From a virus, in IMG/VR virus record IMGVR_UViG_3300010401_000033, positions 1 through 64,000 of that record: DNA of 64,000 nt, one strand, 5' to 3'. The position numbers and the translations under genes are program-made. Position 1 is the first letter of the stretch; each line of letters opens with the position of its first letter. The notes below the pieces were generated by a model that was given only the letters and a program-made list of their open reading frames with translations, was not told the DNA's origin and ran no database searches. Shown in pieces: positions 18,309-28,001 of the stretch.

Positions 18309-19529
18309 TTACTCCCAGTTCTTTGCCGCGTTGAAGTTGGCATGGCTAAATTGCAGACGATCAACGAGTTTTACAGCATTACCGATATGGTCAATTGCCA
18401 CAAATCCCTCTGGACTTGTTGCAGTGTAACCATCCGCAGTCTTGAGGAATGTCTGTGTGCCCTTGACCTGGGATAATTTTCGGATAATCATTAGTTTAGC
18501 ATAAATGATCGCATTTTGCAAGTCAAAAATGTTCTTGAGGTCTTGAGCATGGGCGCGAAAGAACCCAAGCACGGTAGTCTTTTCTTGGGTGCGCTTGCGC
18601 TTTGTCTCGGGTTGCTTGGCTTCCCCAATGGCTGCGGTCATCTTGGTATCAAGCCAACGAATAAAATCATTGGTGTGTGCCGTCGTATTCGTGATCGCGG
18701 TACCCTCACGGACCTTGGTGTTATTAAACGTCTTGACCCACATGCGGTAGAGTTCATTCATGGCAATCTGGTTCAGGACTTTTCCATTGATGCCCTGAAA
18801 AATTGATCCCGCACGACTGAGCAATCCATGCAATTCCTCGGTCTCTTTCGCGGTAAAGGTCGCCGTGCCTGATTCATCTACAAAACTTGCATCGCGGCAC
18901 CACACGTCCTTGGTGTGATTGAGATAGCCAATATCTATGCGGAAGGAGGCCTTGAGGGAGGCCATGGTTTTGCCACTATACTCAGTATGAAAGACTATTC
19001 CCACCTTTGATGCTGCCATGCGAGCCGCAAGCGTGGTGCCCAATGGAATCGCATAGGTGATGGTATTGGGTCTGAAAGTGAGGTACTTTTCACCATCAAT
19101 CTTCTCTGATTTAAGGTCGCCTTGCGTAAACATCAGGTCACCTTGGAGGATACCCTTAATCCCTAATTTTGGGAGATAGCGAAGGCACATCCGCAACTTA
19201 TCTTGCAAGCCTTCACTCTCATGGTTCTTGAGAATATCAGATTCAGTATAGTTCAACTTGGCATTCTTGGCGAACACACCCTTTGTGCCTACAAAGAATT
19301 TGCCATTCTCTGGATTCGTCCCACAAAACACCGCGGGGGCTCCGTCCCATTTCGTGGTGATATTGATAGGCTTATCCACATGTCCTGAGAGCATGGACTT
19401 CAAGGACATAAGGAAGGTGATGGATTGTCGTGCACCGTCCACCCCAAGATTCAAGACTTCATCCTCAAGGTGTTCAAGGTGTAAATTCTTTTCTGAGGCT
19501 TCTGTGATGTATTCCGTAAGTTTTTGCAT
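18309..19529 (-). CDS. Conserved T4-like phage protein (DUF6267-like, ligase-like KxDG motif)
   Basis: HLEHLED, TKWDGAPAVFCG, QGDLMF, PNTITY, EGFVA, VKLVDRLQFS; family name recalled, not searched. Confidence 0.7.
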   Translation of the reverse strand: MQKLTEYITEASEKNLHLEHLEDEVLNLGVDGARQSITFLMSLKSMLSGHVDKPINITTKWDGAPAVFCGTNPENGKFFVGTKGVFAKNAKLNYTESDILKNHESEGLQDKLRMCLRYLPKLGIKGILQGDLMFTQGDLKSEKIDGEKYLTFRPNTITYAIPLGTTLAARMAASKVGIVFHTEYSGKTMASLKASFRIDIGYLNHTKDVWCRDASFVDESGTATFTAKETEELHGLLSRAGSIFQGINGKVLNQIAMNELYRMWVKTFNNTKVREGTAITNTTAHTNDFIRWLDTKMTAAIGEAKQPETKRKRTQEKTTVLGFFRAHAQDLKNIFDLQNAIIYAKLMIIRKLSQVKGTQTFLKTADGYTATSPEGFVAIDHIGNAVKLVDRLQFSHANFNAAKNWE

Positions 19530-20233
19530 TACTTCTTTCCGTACCTGGCTGAAAGCGCCTGGAGGTATTCTGGGTTGTCCAAGTCGGCCGAGGACTTCGT
19601 GAGGGACACGGCTTGCAATGCTGTGCTGAAACGATAGTTGTAGATGGGATGGCTTCCACCGCGCTTCAAACGGACACGCAGGCGAAGGTTCACGGTAAAC
19701 TTTGGAATGCCTAACTTGGCAATGTCCGATCCCATCCAATAGAACCCATATCCTCCACCGATCTGGATATAGTACGTCTTTTTACTCGCATAGTATTTGG
19801 CAACTGAATCACTAGGCACTTGCACAAAGAAGTCAGTGAATCGCTGATAATCGTGGTCCACATCCTTCTGTGTATATTGGGAGGTTGGCACGGTGAATTT
19901 GCGCGGGGCACCATGTCGACCCCATCGCAGATTGACTAAACGGGGCACACCAAGCGCCGTAAGAAATTCACGCATCTGCTTGGCAGAGTCGGTATCCGCA
20001 CCTCCAAGCACCCACTTCTTGGCTTTCAGGTCGTAATCCAAGGACCCCTGTCCAAAGTCTACCTTCAAATCTAACTTGACTTCTACCTTGTAAGGCTTCT
20101 GCTTGATCGTCAATTCAGCGTCGGGCGCATTGGAGTCTGAACCGGCGCTCTGGAAGGTCATCCTTTGGAGGCCTGCCTTCTTAAGAGACTTGTTCAGTTT
20201 GGATTCGTAAAGAATACCCTTGTTGTCTGCCAT
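19529..20233 (-). CDS. PD-(D/E)xK nuclease-like protein
   Basis: GILYE...APDAEL...VEVK arrangement; YYIQIG. Confidence 0.6.
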   Translation of the reverse strand: MADNKGILYESKLNKSLKKAGLQRMTFQSAGSDSNAPDAELTIKQKPYKVEVKLDLKVDFGQGSLDYDLKAKKWVLGGADTDSAKQMREFLTALGVPRLVNLRWGRHGAPRKFTVPTSQYTQKDVDHDYQRFTDFFVQVPSDSVAKYYASKKTYYIQIGGGYGFYWMGSDIAKLGIPKFTVNLRLRVRLKRGGSHPIYNYRFSTALQAVSLTKSSADLDNPEYLQALSARYGKK

Positions 20234-20249
20234 ACACCCTCCAAACCAC

Positions 20250-20257
20250 TATTTATA
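20250..20257 (-). promoter_or_regulatory. T4-type late promoter
   Basis: Perfect TATAAATA upstream of the SD and ATG 20233. Confidence 0.65.
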
Positions 20258-20837
20258 TGTAATGGAGGTACCCAGAAATGATATACTTGGGACTATTGAT
20301 GGGCTTGGCACCCCAATGTGGGAAGGTCCAAAGAGGGGGAAACATCAGGACCCGCCCTTGCACCGCAGGCACTAGGAGGTCCGGCTTATCAACTTCCTTC
20401 CCAAATCCTGTCTCTCCACCCACCTCTACGGTATTGAGATACCACAGGAATGCGAGGAAACGACGGGCTGACCCATAACTCCCTACATCCGTGTGGAGAC
20501 CGAAGTGGTCCTTTCCGTTCGGAAGATAGCGTTTCATCCTGAATTGTTCGTACCCAAACTGTTGGGGCCACTGAATATCAAATAAGACTTGTGCTTGAGT
20601 CATGTAGGCTTTCCAGGCATTCTGGACACACCCCACCATAATCTGGTGCTCCTCATGCCAGTATTGGGAGATATTCACTTCTTTGAAGTGCCGTACGCTT
20701 TTGAGCACAGTGTCCACCTGAACATCATTTTCATTCGCGTCAAATTTCTCTATCAGCCCCTTACAAAAATAGAACGGGAGAGTATCATCCCACACCTGGA
20801 CATGATTGCCGATTTGGATGCTTGGATTATACTTCAT
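20253..20837 (-). CDS. 2OG-Fe(II) oxygenase
   Basis: HTD, WYLN, GGET, FPPLWTFPHWG, KY. Confidence 0.9.
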   Translation of the reverse strand: MKYNPSIQIGNHVQVWDDTLPFYFCKGLIEKFDANENDVQVDTVLKSVRHFKEVNISQYWHEEHQIMVGCVQNAWKAYMTQAQVLFDIQWPQQFGYEQFRMKRYLPNGKDHFGLHTDVGSYGSARRFLAFLWYLNTVEVGGETGFGKEVDKPDLLVPAVQGRVLMFPPLWTFPHWGAKPINSPKYIISGYLHYI

Positions 20838-22234
20838 ACCTTCACCCCTGTAAAGTCACGTTTGGTTCTCTCGAATGGTTTGCGGTCCGCAGAAGGGATG
20901 GACTGTCCTGACTGGGAGATATTCACTTGAGCGGAGGACGCCACATCATACAAACGCATCTTTGGGCGATCTACCCCGATCACAAATTTCTTGTTCACAT
21001 TCTTATCCATGTAACGGTTCTTTAAGACCTTTATCATGAATTGGTTGAGTTGATCCAACTCCTCAGTAGAAATGATCGCTGCCATGAAGTCTGCGGTGGC
21101 TGGCAACCCAAACGATTCTGAGGTGTCCGTCAACTCCAAATCAGAGTTATCAAATCCCCCTCGGGTCGTTTGTGTGGCTGAAACAATCGGCACTTTATTC
21201 TCTACTGCGAGTCCACGAAGTTCTTCGGCGATGGCTTTGATGTACGTGTAGGAGTTGACATTACCACCCTGACGAATGCGCGATGAAGCACAGATATTCA
21301 GGTAGTCAATAAAAATCAAATCGGGACGAAACGACTTCTTCAATGCCAACTCGTTCAGTAATGCACGGAAATGTAGCGTGGATGCCGAAGCGGTCGGATA
21401 TTCCTTGATAATCAATTTTCCATGTGTCTTGGACCGCAGGGCAGCAAATTTCTTATCATAATCAATCTTGGGAATCTGCTCAAGGAGTCCAATGTCCACA
21501 TTGAGAAGGTTCGCATCAATTCGTTCGGCAATCCTCTCCTCTGCCATTTCCATTGTAATGTAGAGGACGTTGAATCCCCGCGCCAGGGCAGCGGCCGCCA
21601 TATGGCACATCACAAGAGTCTTTCCGACTCCGGTGCCTGCCAGGAGAATGTTCAGGGTCTTGATAGAAAATCCACCACCTGTAATCTTATTGAAAAAATC
21701 CAGGTCAAAGGGAATCTTTTTTTCTTTTTTGTGATAGAAGTCAAATCGGGAATCCGATTGCTCCATGTAGTCATGTCCCACATGAGGGTCAAATGAGACG
21801 GCAAGGGCCTGTGTGAGAATTTCAGGAATTGATCCCTTGGGTTTCTTTTCGGGCCCGCCCTTCGTATCATCCATGATGCTTACGGCCTCAAGGACGGCGT
21901 TGTAGAGAGCGGAATCTTGGCAGAACTTTTCTGTCTGTTCGTTCAGCCAAGGAAGATCGGTAGGTTCTTTGCGGTCCTGGTGCACCTGTTTGAGTAATTC
22001 CACTGCATCACGGACCTGTTCTTCTTTCAGTTCGCGTGACTCAGTGAGATTGATAACCAGGGCTTCATGCGTCGGTGGATTCTTGAACTTCTCCACAAAC
22101 GCGGATATTTCCTTGAAAACGATTCGTTCTATGGGTTCTTTGAAGTAGGCTTCTTTGAGGAAGGGAATCACCTTCCGCATGTAGGGTTCACTATAAATCA
22201 GATTCTTCAATATCGTGGCTTCGAGACGGACCAT
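20834..22234 (-). CDS. gp41: Replicative DNA helicase (T4 gp41)
   Basis: AGTGVGKT, ITMEMAEE, IDYLNI, SATQTTR, SESFGLPATAD, KNRY. Confidence 0.97.
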   Translation of the reverse strand: MVRLEATILKNLIYSEPYMRKVIPFLKEAYFKEPIERIVFKEISAFVEKFKNPPTHEALVINLTESRELKEEQVRDAVELLKQVHQDRKEPTDLPWLNEQTEKFCQDSALYNAVLEAVSIMDDTKGGPEKKPKGSIPEILTQALAVSFDPHVGHDYMEQSDSRFDFYHKKEKKIPFDLDFFNKITGGGFSIKTLNILLAGTGVGKTLVMCHMAAAALARGFNVLYITMEMAEERIAERIDANLLNVDIGLLEQIPKIDYDKKFAALRSKTHGKLIIKEYPTASASTLHFRALLNELALKKSFRPDLIFIDYLNICASSRIRQGGNVNSYTYIKAIAEELRGLAVENKVPIVSATQTTRGGFDNSDLELTDTSESFGLPATADFMAAIISTEELDQLNQFMIKVLKNRYMDKNVNKKFVIGVDRPKMRLYDVASSAQVNISQSGQSIPSADRKPFERTKRDFTGVKV

Positions 22235-22586
22235 TATATTCTCCCGAATTGTTTTCATCTGCGATAATTGCTACCAATACATCGCCTATCAGAGTTGTAA
22301 ACTCTTGTGATTGTACCAAGTCTGCCTTGGATAATCCAGCAGAATCCCAAATAGTATATTGATACGCCAGGCGATGGGAGGTGCCCTCTGGCACGACCTT
22401 CACATGACCATAATAATATACCACATTCGCATAAGGTCCGTCAAGCAGTTTAACTGCGGTAACTTTCTCCTCTGCGAGGATGATCTCAGTAAAGAGAAAA
22501 TCCTTATTTTCCTTTTTCAGTGGTGTCAGCGTCGGGGTCTGCTGCCAGAATATCCCCATAAGCCACTTGAAAAGTCTTGCGAACAT
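22191..22586 (-). CDS. Hypothetical protein at the gp40 position
   Basis: Lies between uvsX and gp41 as T4 gp40 does; GPYANVVYYYG; start uncertain. Confidence 0.5.
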   Translation of the reverse strand: MFARLFKWLMGIFWQQTPTLTPLKKENKDFLFTEIILAEEKVTAVKLLDGPYANVVYYYGHVKVVPEGTSHRLAYQYTIWDSAGLSKADLVQSQEFTTLIGDVLVAIIADENNSGEYNGPSRSHDIEESDL

Positions 22587-23550
22587 ATTCATTGAATGCC
22601 TCATTCTCTAAGATATCTTTCCAGAATGCCATATCCTTTGTATCGGCTTCTCGGACCTTGGTTTTCTCACCCTTCTTGATATACCAACCCGGACTCGGCT
22701 TCTCAACGAAGCCACCGTCAAGCGCAATCTGTAAGAGACCGGAGTACTGTTCAATCCCATAATCAAAGATTGCGGTAACTGGGAACTTGGATTTTTCCTT
22801 CACCTGGCGTGATTTCTCAATGTTCAAAACAAAGTTGAATCCTTCAACCTTCCCATCCACCTTCTCTTGTTGACGACCAACAATCCAAATAGTGTCAGCG
22901 GCAAAGTAGGACCCAGTTCCACCACCCACAATATCCTTCGGGAACATCCCGATCTCTTTGTATGTATGGTTAATCACCACAAGGGGAATATCCTTGATCT
23001 TGAGGTGCGGGGTAATCATACGGAAGAGTGATTTAATCGCCTTGGCGCGAGTCATATCAGCCACACTCTTACCCTCAATCGCATCCTCCACTTCCTTGAG
23101 GGAAGCAAGTTGTCCGATGGAGTCAATCACAATCATGAGGGGATCACCGCGCTTGGCTTCGGCTAACTGAATCATGATGTCATGCTTGAGTTGTTCCACG
23201 TCGGTGATGGGTGTGTGAAAGACCTTTTTCTTATCAACCCCGAAGGTATCAAAGTAGGCTGGGGGCGAACCGAATTCTGAATCGTAGAACAAAATGGCAC
23301 CGTCTTTATGCGCGGTTTGGAAGGAGCGCATGAGAAGGAGGGCGAGACCTGTCTTAAAGTGTTTGGAGGGACCAGCGATCTGGGTGACCCCGGAAGTCAA
23401 TCCACCTTTGAGGGTGCCAGAGAGCGCAATGTTGATGATTGGGACTTCGGTAGGGCAGTTCTGGCGTTCGCCGAATACCTCAGAGTTTTCTAAAACACTC
23501 GCAATCTCGACACTGGAAGTTTTCTTAAGACGATCCATCATTGATGACAT
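22504..23550 (-). CDS. uvsX: RecA-like recombinase UvsX
   Basis: AGPSKHFKT, FYDSEFG, IDSIGQLAS, ADMTRAK, GGGTG. Confidence 0.97.
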   Translation of the reverse strand: MSSMMDRLKKTSSVEIASVLENSEVFGERQNCPTEVPIINIALSGTLKGGLTSGVTQIAGPSKHFKTGLALLLMRSFQTAHKDGAILFYDSEFGSPPAYFDTFGVDKKKVFHTPITDVEQLKHDIMIQLAEAKRGDPLMIVIDSIGQLASLKEVEDAIEGKSVADMTRAKAIKSLFRMITPHLKIKDIPLVVINHTYKEIGMFPKDIVGGGTGSYFAADTIWIVGRQQEKVDGKVEGFNFVLNIEKSRQVKEKSKFPVTAIFDYGIEQYSGLLQIALDGGFVEKPSPGWYIKKGEKTKVREADTKDMAFWKDILENEAFNEYVRKTFQVAYGDILAADPDADTTEKGK

Positions 23551-23582
23551 AGTAAATCCTCTGGGTGGGTGAGCAAAAACAT

Positions 23583-23611
23583 AGTATAACAGAAACGGAC
23601 ACAAAAATCAA
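23583..23611 (-). promoter_or_regulatory. Sigma70-type promoter for uvsX
   Basis: TTGATT-17nt-TATACT with TG extension. Confidence 0.6.
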
Positions 23612-23850
23612 GTCTTGGGGCTAGGAGTCCTAGCATCGGTAGGTTTGAAGTAGACCCCACTATTCAAAAATCCATTACAATCAACGGTAGGGCAGTACCA
23701 TTGTGCATAAAGTTGCTTATCATCATGTCCTTTGGTGCGAACCCCGGCGATCAGATCGGCAGAACTGAATTCCTTACCGCAACGGGTACAGAGGCAGGGA
23801 CCAACATACTTCATCTTCGGTAGATGGACTTGGCGAAAATCTTTTTTCAT
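23608..23850 (-). CDS. Small Cys-containing (Zn-ribbon-like) protein
   Basis: CTRC...CPTVDC; coupled ORF. Confidence 0.55.
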   Translation of the reverse strand: MKKDFRQVHLPKMKYVGPCLCTRCGKEFSSADLIAGVRTKGHDDKQLYAQWYCPTVDCNGFLNSGVYFKPTDARTPSPKT

Positions 23851-24143
23851 TGGACGGTTCCTAATTCTTCTGAGACGGTGAGAAAATGCTCCACTCGTTC
23901 TTTCTTGGCTTCAATGGCGGCACGATCCTTGTCGTCAATACAATCAGGAAGAATCCCTTCATCCTGACACATTTCAATCAACGCCATACACTCAAGGAAT
24001 TCCTGATAGAGACGTTCACGGGCTTGTCCCTGGCGGGTGGGCCAGGTATGAGTTGGACCAAAACGGATACACTTTGATGCAGCCTGTGACACCTCTGAGG
24101 CTTCTTCGGCAACCTGCAATAATAGGGCTTCACTACGATTCAT
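23847..24143 (-). CDS. MazG-like all-alpha protein
   Basis: AEEASEVSQAASKCIRFG...QEFLE; ATGA overlap with the gp43 stop. Confidence 0.7.
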   Translation of the reverse strand: MNRSEALLLQVAEEASEVSQAASKCIRFGPTHTWPTRQGQARERLYQEFLECMALIEMCQDEGILPDCIDDKDRAAIEAKKERVEHFLTVSEELGTVQ

Positions 24144-26749
24144 GAGAAGAAATCCTCCAATGTAAACTGCGTTTCTGAATGCCAACCTATTGACGATAAC
24201 ACTATATTTAGTGGTTCACGAAAGGTTTTTTCAAATTGTTCATCGTAATCCACCTGTTTTTCCAACTCAAATTCTTTTGGAATACGTTGGATGAACGAAA
24301 TGACCGTATCGTCAAACTTATTACCCTTCTTCAAATGGACGAACTTCACCTTCTCACCATTCTGGATCGTCTCATACTGACCATCCAATTGCATCTTTTT
24401 GAGCCAAAAGTTATAAATCAATGCGCCCTTCACATGAATTGGGGTACCGCTCACATAAATAGTGCTACCTTCGTCAGGCTCTCCAAATCCACTGAACCGA
24501 CGTTCCTTCTTGCCAGTCTTGTTGATGTACTTATCCATCCCGTTGCACCCACGAGGAAATGCGATATCACTGATAGGAAGTGTCCGAAACTCTTTCTTGA
24601 ACGCTTCCACAAACGCAACCAACTCCTCCTCGGTACCATTCATGATAATTTTTAGTGCTGCCTTAATCTTCTCACGCACCAGACTTGGTGTGGATGACTT
24701 AATGGCTTCCAGTCCATGAATCACCATCTTGGCTTCTTTGTAGCGCACCCCTTCACTATCCCACACGTTGAGGATGTACCGTTTCTTCGCAGTCCAGATA
24801 CCCTTGTCAGCCAAAGCCTCACGCTTCATTTTCATCTTCTGAGCATACGCATGAGTATAGTCTGCCAAGGCTTGAAAACTTACATCCAGGACGCTCTTGA
24901 TCTTCGTCCTAAAGACTTGATCCATGAAGTTAATCACCTTCTGCGTCTCCTGGGGCCCTTTGAACACCTTAGCGACCAGTGGTTCAAGATTTAAGTAAAC
25001 TGAATCGGTGTCACTGGCAATCACATAATCTTTATTCTCACTCTTCAACAAACCATTGAGATAACCATTCAATTCGTTTCCGATCCATCTGATACTCAAT
25101 TGTCCTGCCAACGTAATTCCTTCGGCAATACGAATATCAAAGAACCGGAAGTATTCACTACCCATGGCGCCGTAGGCTGAATTGAGTCCAACCTTTTTGG
25201 CTAATTGGAGGTTCTCATAACGAGAAATGATGGAGGTAAGTTCTTTTCGTCGTTCAGCATCGGTGCAGGCCTCCTTTTCCTTCTCAGCCTCAAGTTGCTT
25301 TGTCTTATACACGACACGCGATTCAAACATGTTTTGCATGATCTCAGCAAGGAATCCAATCCGAGTCGTCGTGAAGAATTGTCCATTTGGAGTAAGGGTG
25401 CAGCCCACTAATTTTGAGAGGTCGACCTTCTTTTCAAGCAACCGCTCAACATTCACCGTCTGTTCCAAGACCCCGCGCATAGCATCGGTATAGTTCTCAG
25501 GTTCAATCAACGTCTCAGGTGACATATTGTACTGCATCATGAGGTGGGGATACAAACTGGTCAAGTCCAACCCCATCACATTCTTGAATAGTCCACAGAG
25601 CGGAGGCTTCACATATGCGCCTTCATAGGCTTGATCTTTGCTGGTGTGCTTCTTCGGGGGAACAACTATTCCCTTCCCACGCAAGAAGTTGTAGCAAATT
25701 GCATCCCACATACGCACCTGGGTGAAACAATCCTCGTAGTTGGTCTTGTTATCATACGCCAGAATTATCGCCAGATCAATCAAACGCCCCTTGGCGTTCA
25801 ACTTTTCTACCAACTCAACGTCATGAATGTTATACTCAATAAATTTTTGGAAATTATCTCGGTAGAGGTTATGGAGGGTTTCGTATTCAGAGTAGTCAAG
25901 TTTACGTTCCTTGAGTTCCACATGGGCGATATGGTCTAACTTATAGGACTCTTGGTTATAGTTCTTTGCATATTTGCGGAAGAGTTGCAGATAGTCAAGG
26001 GTTGCCAGTCCCAAAAGTTGATAGGTTGTGACAGGTTTTCCGTAGAACTGATCCTCTTTGCGAGTGATGCGACCCCAAGGGCTCAGCCAACGGGCCCGTT
26101 CTTCACCCATACCCTCAAGGCAAGCCATACGATTCACAAGGTAGGGAATATCAAAGGTCTTAATGTTCCATCCGCTGATGATATCAGGCGACTTATCCTT
26201 CCAGAGCGACATGAAGGATTCAAGCATTGTTTGTTCATCAAAACAATACTTCCATTCAACATCTGGTCGGTGGGGAATGAAGGTCTTGCATCCAAACACA
26301 TAATACTGTGGGTCGTTGGAGAACTTCACTGTGATGGCAGTAATGGGATTATTCGCAGTGTCCACATTAGGCATTCCGCCTTCTGATCCGACTTCAATAT
26401 CAACATAGGCCACCACAACCTTGTCGAGGGCCCATTCAATTTCTTTTTCGGGGTGTTGGTCTGCAATGAAGGTGTACTCAAACTTTGAATTACCAAAGAT
26501 CGTGAAACTCTCCACCTCTTCATATTTTTTGATGAATTCACGGGCATCAGCAATCCCATCGAACTGCATTGGTTCAACGGCATTGCCTTGGAGGTCTCGC
26601 CAGTAATCACGGCCTGGGAGTGTGGGGGCAGGAGATGGGACATAAAGTGTCGGCGAATACTCCATCTTCATGTGTACGCGCCGACCGTTCTCTATGCCAC
26701 GATAATAAATGTAATTACCCTGACAGGCAACATTCGTGTAAAATTTCAT
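24140..26749 (-). CDS. gp43: Family B DNA polymerase (T4 gp43)
   Basis: DIEV exonuclease motif, DLTSLYPH, KVGLNSAYG, SDTDS, KKRY; start ATG 26749. Confidence 0.98.
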   Translation of the reverse strand: MKFYTNVACQGNYIYYRGIENGRRVHMKMEYSPTLYVPSPAPTLPGRDYWRDLQGNAVEPMQFDGIADAREFIKKYEEVESFTIFGNSKFEYTFIADQHPEKEIEWALDKVVVAYVDIEVGSEGGMPNVDTANNPITAITVKFSNDPQYYVFGCKTFIPHRPDVEWKYCFDEQTMLESFMSLWKDKSPDIISGWNIKTFDIPYLVNRMACLEGMGEERARWLSPWGRITRKEDQFYGKPVTTYQLLGLATLDYLQLFRKYAKNYNQESYKLDHIAHVELKERKLDYSEYETLHNLYRDNFQKFIEYNIHDVELVEKLNAKGRLIDLAIILAYDNKTNYEDCFTQVRMWDAICYNFLRGKGIVVPPKKHTSKDQAYEGAYVKPPLCGLFKNVMGLDLTSLYPHLMMQYNMSPETLIEPENYTDAMRGVLEQTVNVERLLEKKVDLSKLVGCTLTPNGQFFTTTRIGFLAEIMQNMFESRVVYKTKQLEAEKEKEACTDAERRKELTSIISRYENLQLAKKVGLNSAYGAMGSEYFRFFDIRIAEGITLAGQLSIRWIGNELNGYLNGLLKSENKDYVIASDTDSVYLNLEPLVAKVFKGPQETQKVINFMDQVFRTKIKSVLDVSFQALADYTHAYAQKMKMKREALADKGIWTAKKRYILNVWDSEGVRYKEAKMVIHGLEAIKSSTPSLVREKIKAALKIIMNGTEEELVAFVEAFKKEFRTLPISDIAFPRGCNGMDKYINKTGKKERRFSGFGEPDEGSTIYVSGTPIHVKGALIYNFWLKKMQLDGQYETIQNGEKVKFVHLKKGNKFDDTVISFIQRIPKEFELEKQVDYDEQFEKTFREPLNIVLSSIGWHSETQFTLEDFFS

Positions 26750-26754
26750 CCTGT

Positions 26755-26783
26755 AGTGTAACACAGGAGGGCCCGGGTGTCAA
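26755..26783 (-). promoter_or_regulatory. Sigma70-type promoter, probably leaderless gp43 mRNA
   Basis: TTGACA-17nt-TACACT; ATG 5 nt downstream. Confidence 0.75.
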
Positions 26784-26788
26784 GCACT

Positions 26789-27109
26789 TTATGCTCGTCC
26801 TACCCCTGGCGGTAACAATATCCCTGATCCGAATGCCGTGTTGTAGGAATTCTCCAAATCACGCTGAGGGGTACCCACCGTGAGGATATCTCCGACCACA
26901 AACGAAAGACCAGTCTCCCATTCCGTGGTGTATTGCAAGAATGGAGCGAATGCCATACCGACTTGCCCCTTGGGCGCACCATCTTGTCCTGGCACCATAA
27001 TTAACTGTACCGGTTTACTGAGAATTACCGCTTTCTTCTCTTCGTCCTTATCAACCAAGTCTCCGAGAATTTGTAGACCATTATTAAATACCACTAACTT
27101 CACGCTCAT
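26789..27109 (-). CDS. Small Sm-like-fold phage protein
   Basis: VKLVVFNNGLQILG...KPVQL...FAPF...Y...FGSGILLP pattern; typical position next to gp43. Confidence 0.65.
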   Translation of the reverse strand: MSVKLVVFNNGLQILGDLVDKDEEKKAVILSKPVQLIMVPGQDGAPKGQVGMAFAPFLQYTTEWETGLSFVVGDILTVGTPQRDLENSYNTAFGSGILLPPGVGRA

Positions 27110-27498
27110 GATGAAACCTCCATGTTAAAAATTTGTTGACGAATGATTGGGGCGAGATCGGCTTTGGAATACGTTGGTGGCTTCACCCACTTCCCATCCT
27201 CTCGCTTGTGTCCACCAACCTTGGACATGTTGGAACGATGCACTTCTTGGAAGATCGGGTCCATATCAAGACCGTAGGAGACAGCCGTGCCGTACACCAC
27301 ATAGAGGATATCAGCAAGGCCGTCGGCAATGCCAATCAAATCCTTTTTATCCATTGCTTCTTTCAGTTCATCAAATTCTTCCTGGATCAACCGTACCCGA
27401 AGTTCCTGCGTCTCATGATCGACAATGGTGGGGTAGACACTATCAGGTATTTCAAAGGTCTTGTGAAACTCTGCCACTTGTTGCTGCTCTTTAATCAT
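27106..27498 (-). CDS. MazG-like/dUTPase-type NTP pyrophosphatase
   Basis: VAEFHKTF, LIQEEFDEL, ADGLADILYV, EVHRSNMSK, DGK..KP. Confidence 0.88.
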   Translation of the reverse strand: MIKEQQQVAEFHKTFEIPDSVYPTIVDHETQELRVRLIQEEFDELKEAMDKKDLIGIADGLADILYVVYGTAVSYGLDMDPIFQEVHRSNMSKVGGHKREDGKWVKPPTYSKADLAPIIRQQIFNMEVSS

Positions 27499-27512
27499 AA
27501 TAAAATCCTCTG

Positions 27513-28001
27513 TTATGCGATTAACCCAACCTTATACTCTGTCTTGCCGCTCACTCGGGCTGCTGTGAGCAATTGCTTCCTGTTGTGCCCTTCCACAAAT
27601 CCCACATGCACCCATCCAGAATTTGGATCGCCAGGTGTGTAGAATTCTAAAATGATCTGATCGTACTCTGGAAGATTGTCTCTGCACCACTCAGCCACAA
27701 TCACATTTGAAGTACCCATCACTTCAAAATCCACCGCCTGGCCAGTGCAATGCTTGCTCAACTTATCAATCGTGGAGGTCATCGGATTGACCGCCATATT
27801 CAACGCAAGGCTGCGGTACCCTGAGTTCACTCGCACTGGACCAAAATGTGCGCGAACAGGTTCCAACACCTTCTCACACATCACCAAGAGATTTTTAAGA
27901 TATTCTGCCGTTGGAGTATTATCTATCCCTAAACGTACCGCGGTATCTGAGCGAGTAAGTTCCTTGACAGAGAAATGTGGGGAAAGTTGGTTTATATCCA
28001 T
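27513..28001 (-). CDS. Peptidase M15A (endolysin-like)
   Basis: LSPHFSVKEL, SGYRS, SKHCTGQAVD, WVHVG. Confidence 0.9.
   Translation of the reverse strand: MDINQLSPHFSVKELTRSDTAVRLGIDNTPTAEYLKNLLVMCEKVLEPVRAHFGPVRVNSGYRSLALNMAVNPMTSTIDKLSKHCTGQAVDFEVMGTSNVIVAEWCRDNLPEYDQIILEFYTPGDPNSGWVHVGFVEGHNRKQLLTAARVSGKTEYKVGLIA

Noticed and set aside
24140-26749. Intein or intron in gp43 or other core genes
   Set aside because: Core proteins have normal lengths and continuous motifs; only a short loop insert (KKERRFSGFGEPDEGS) is seen.
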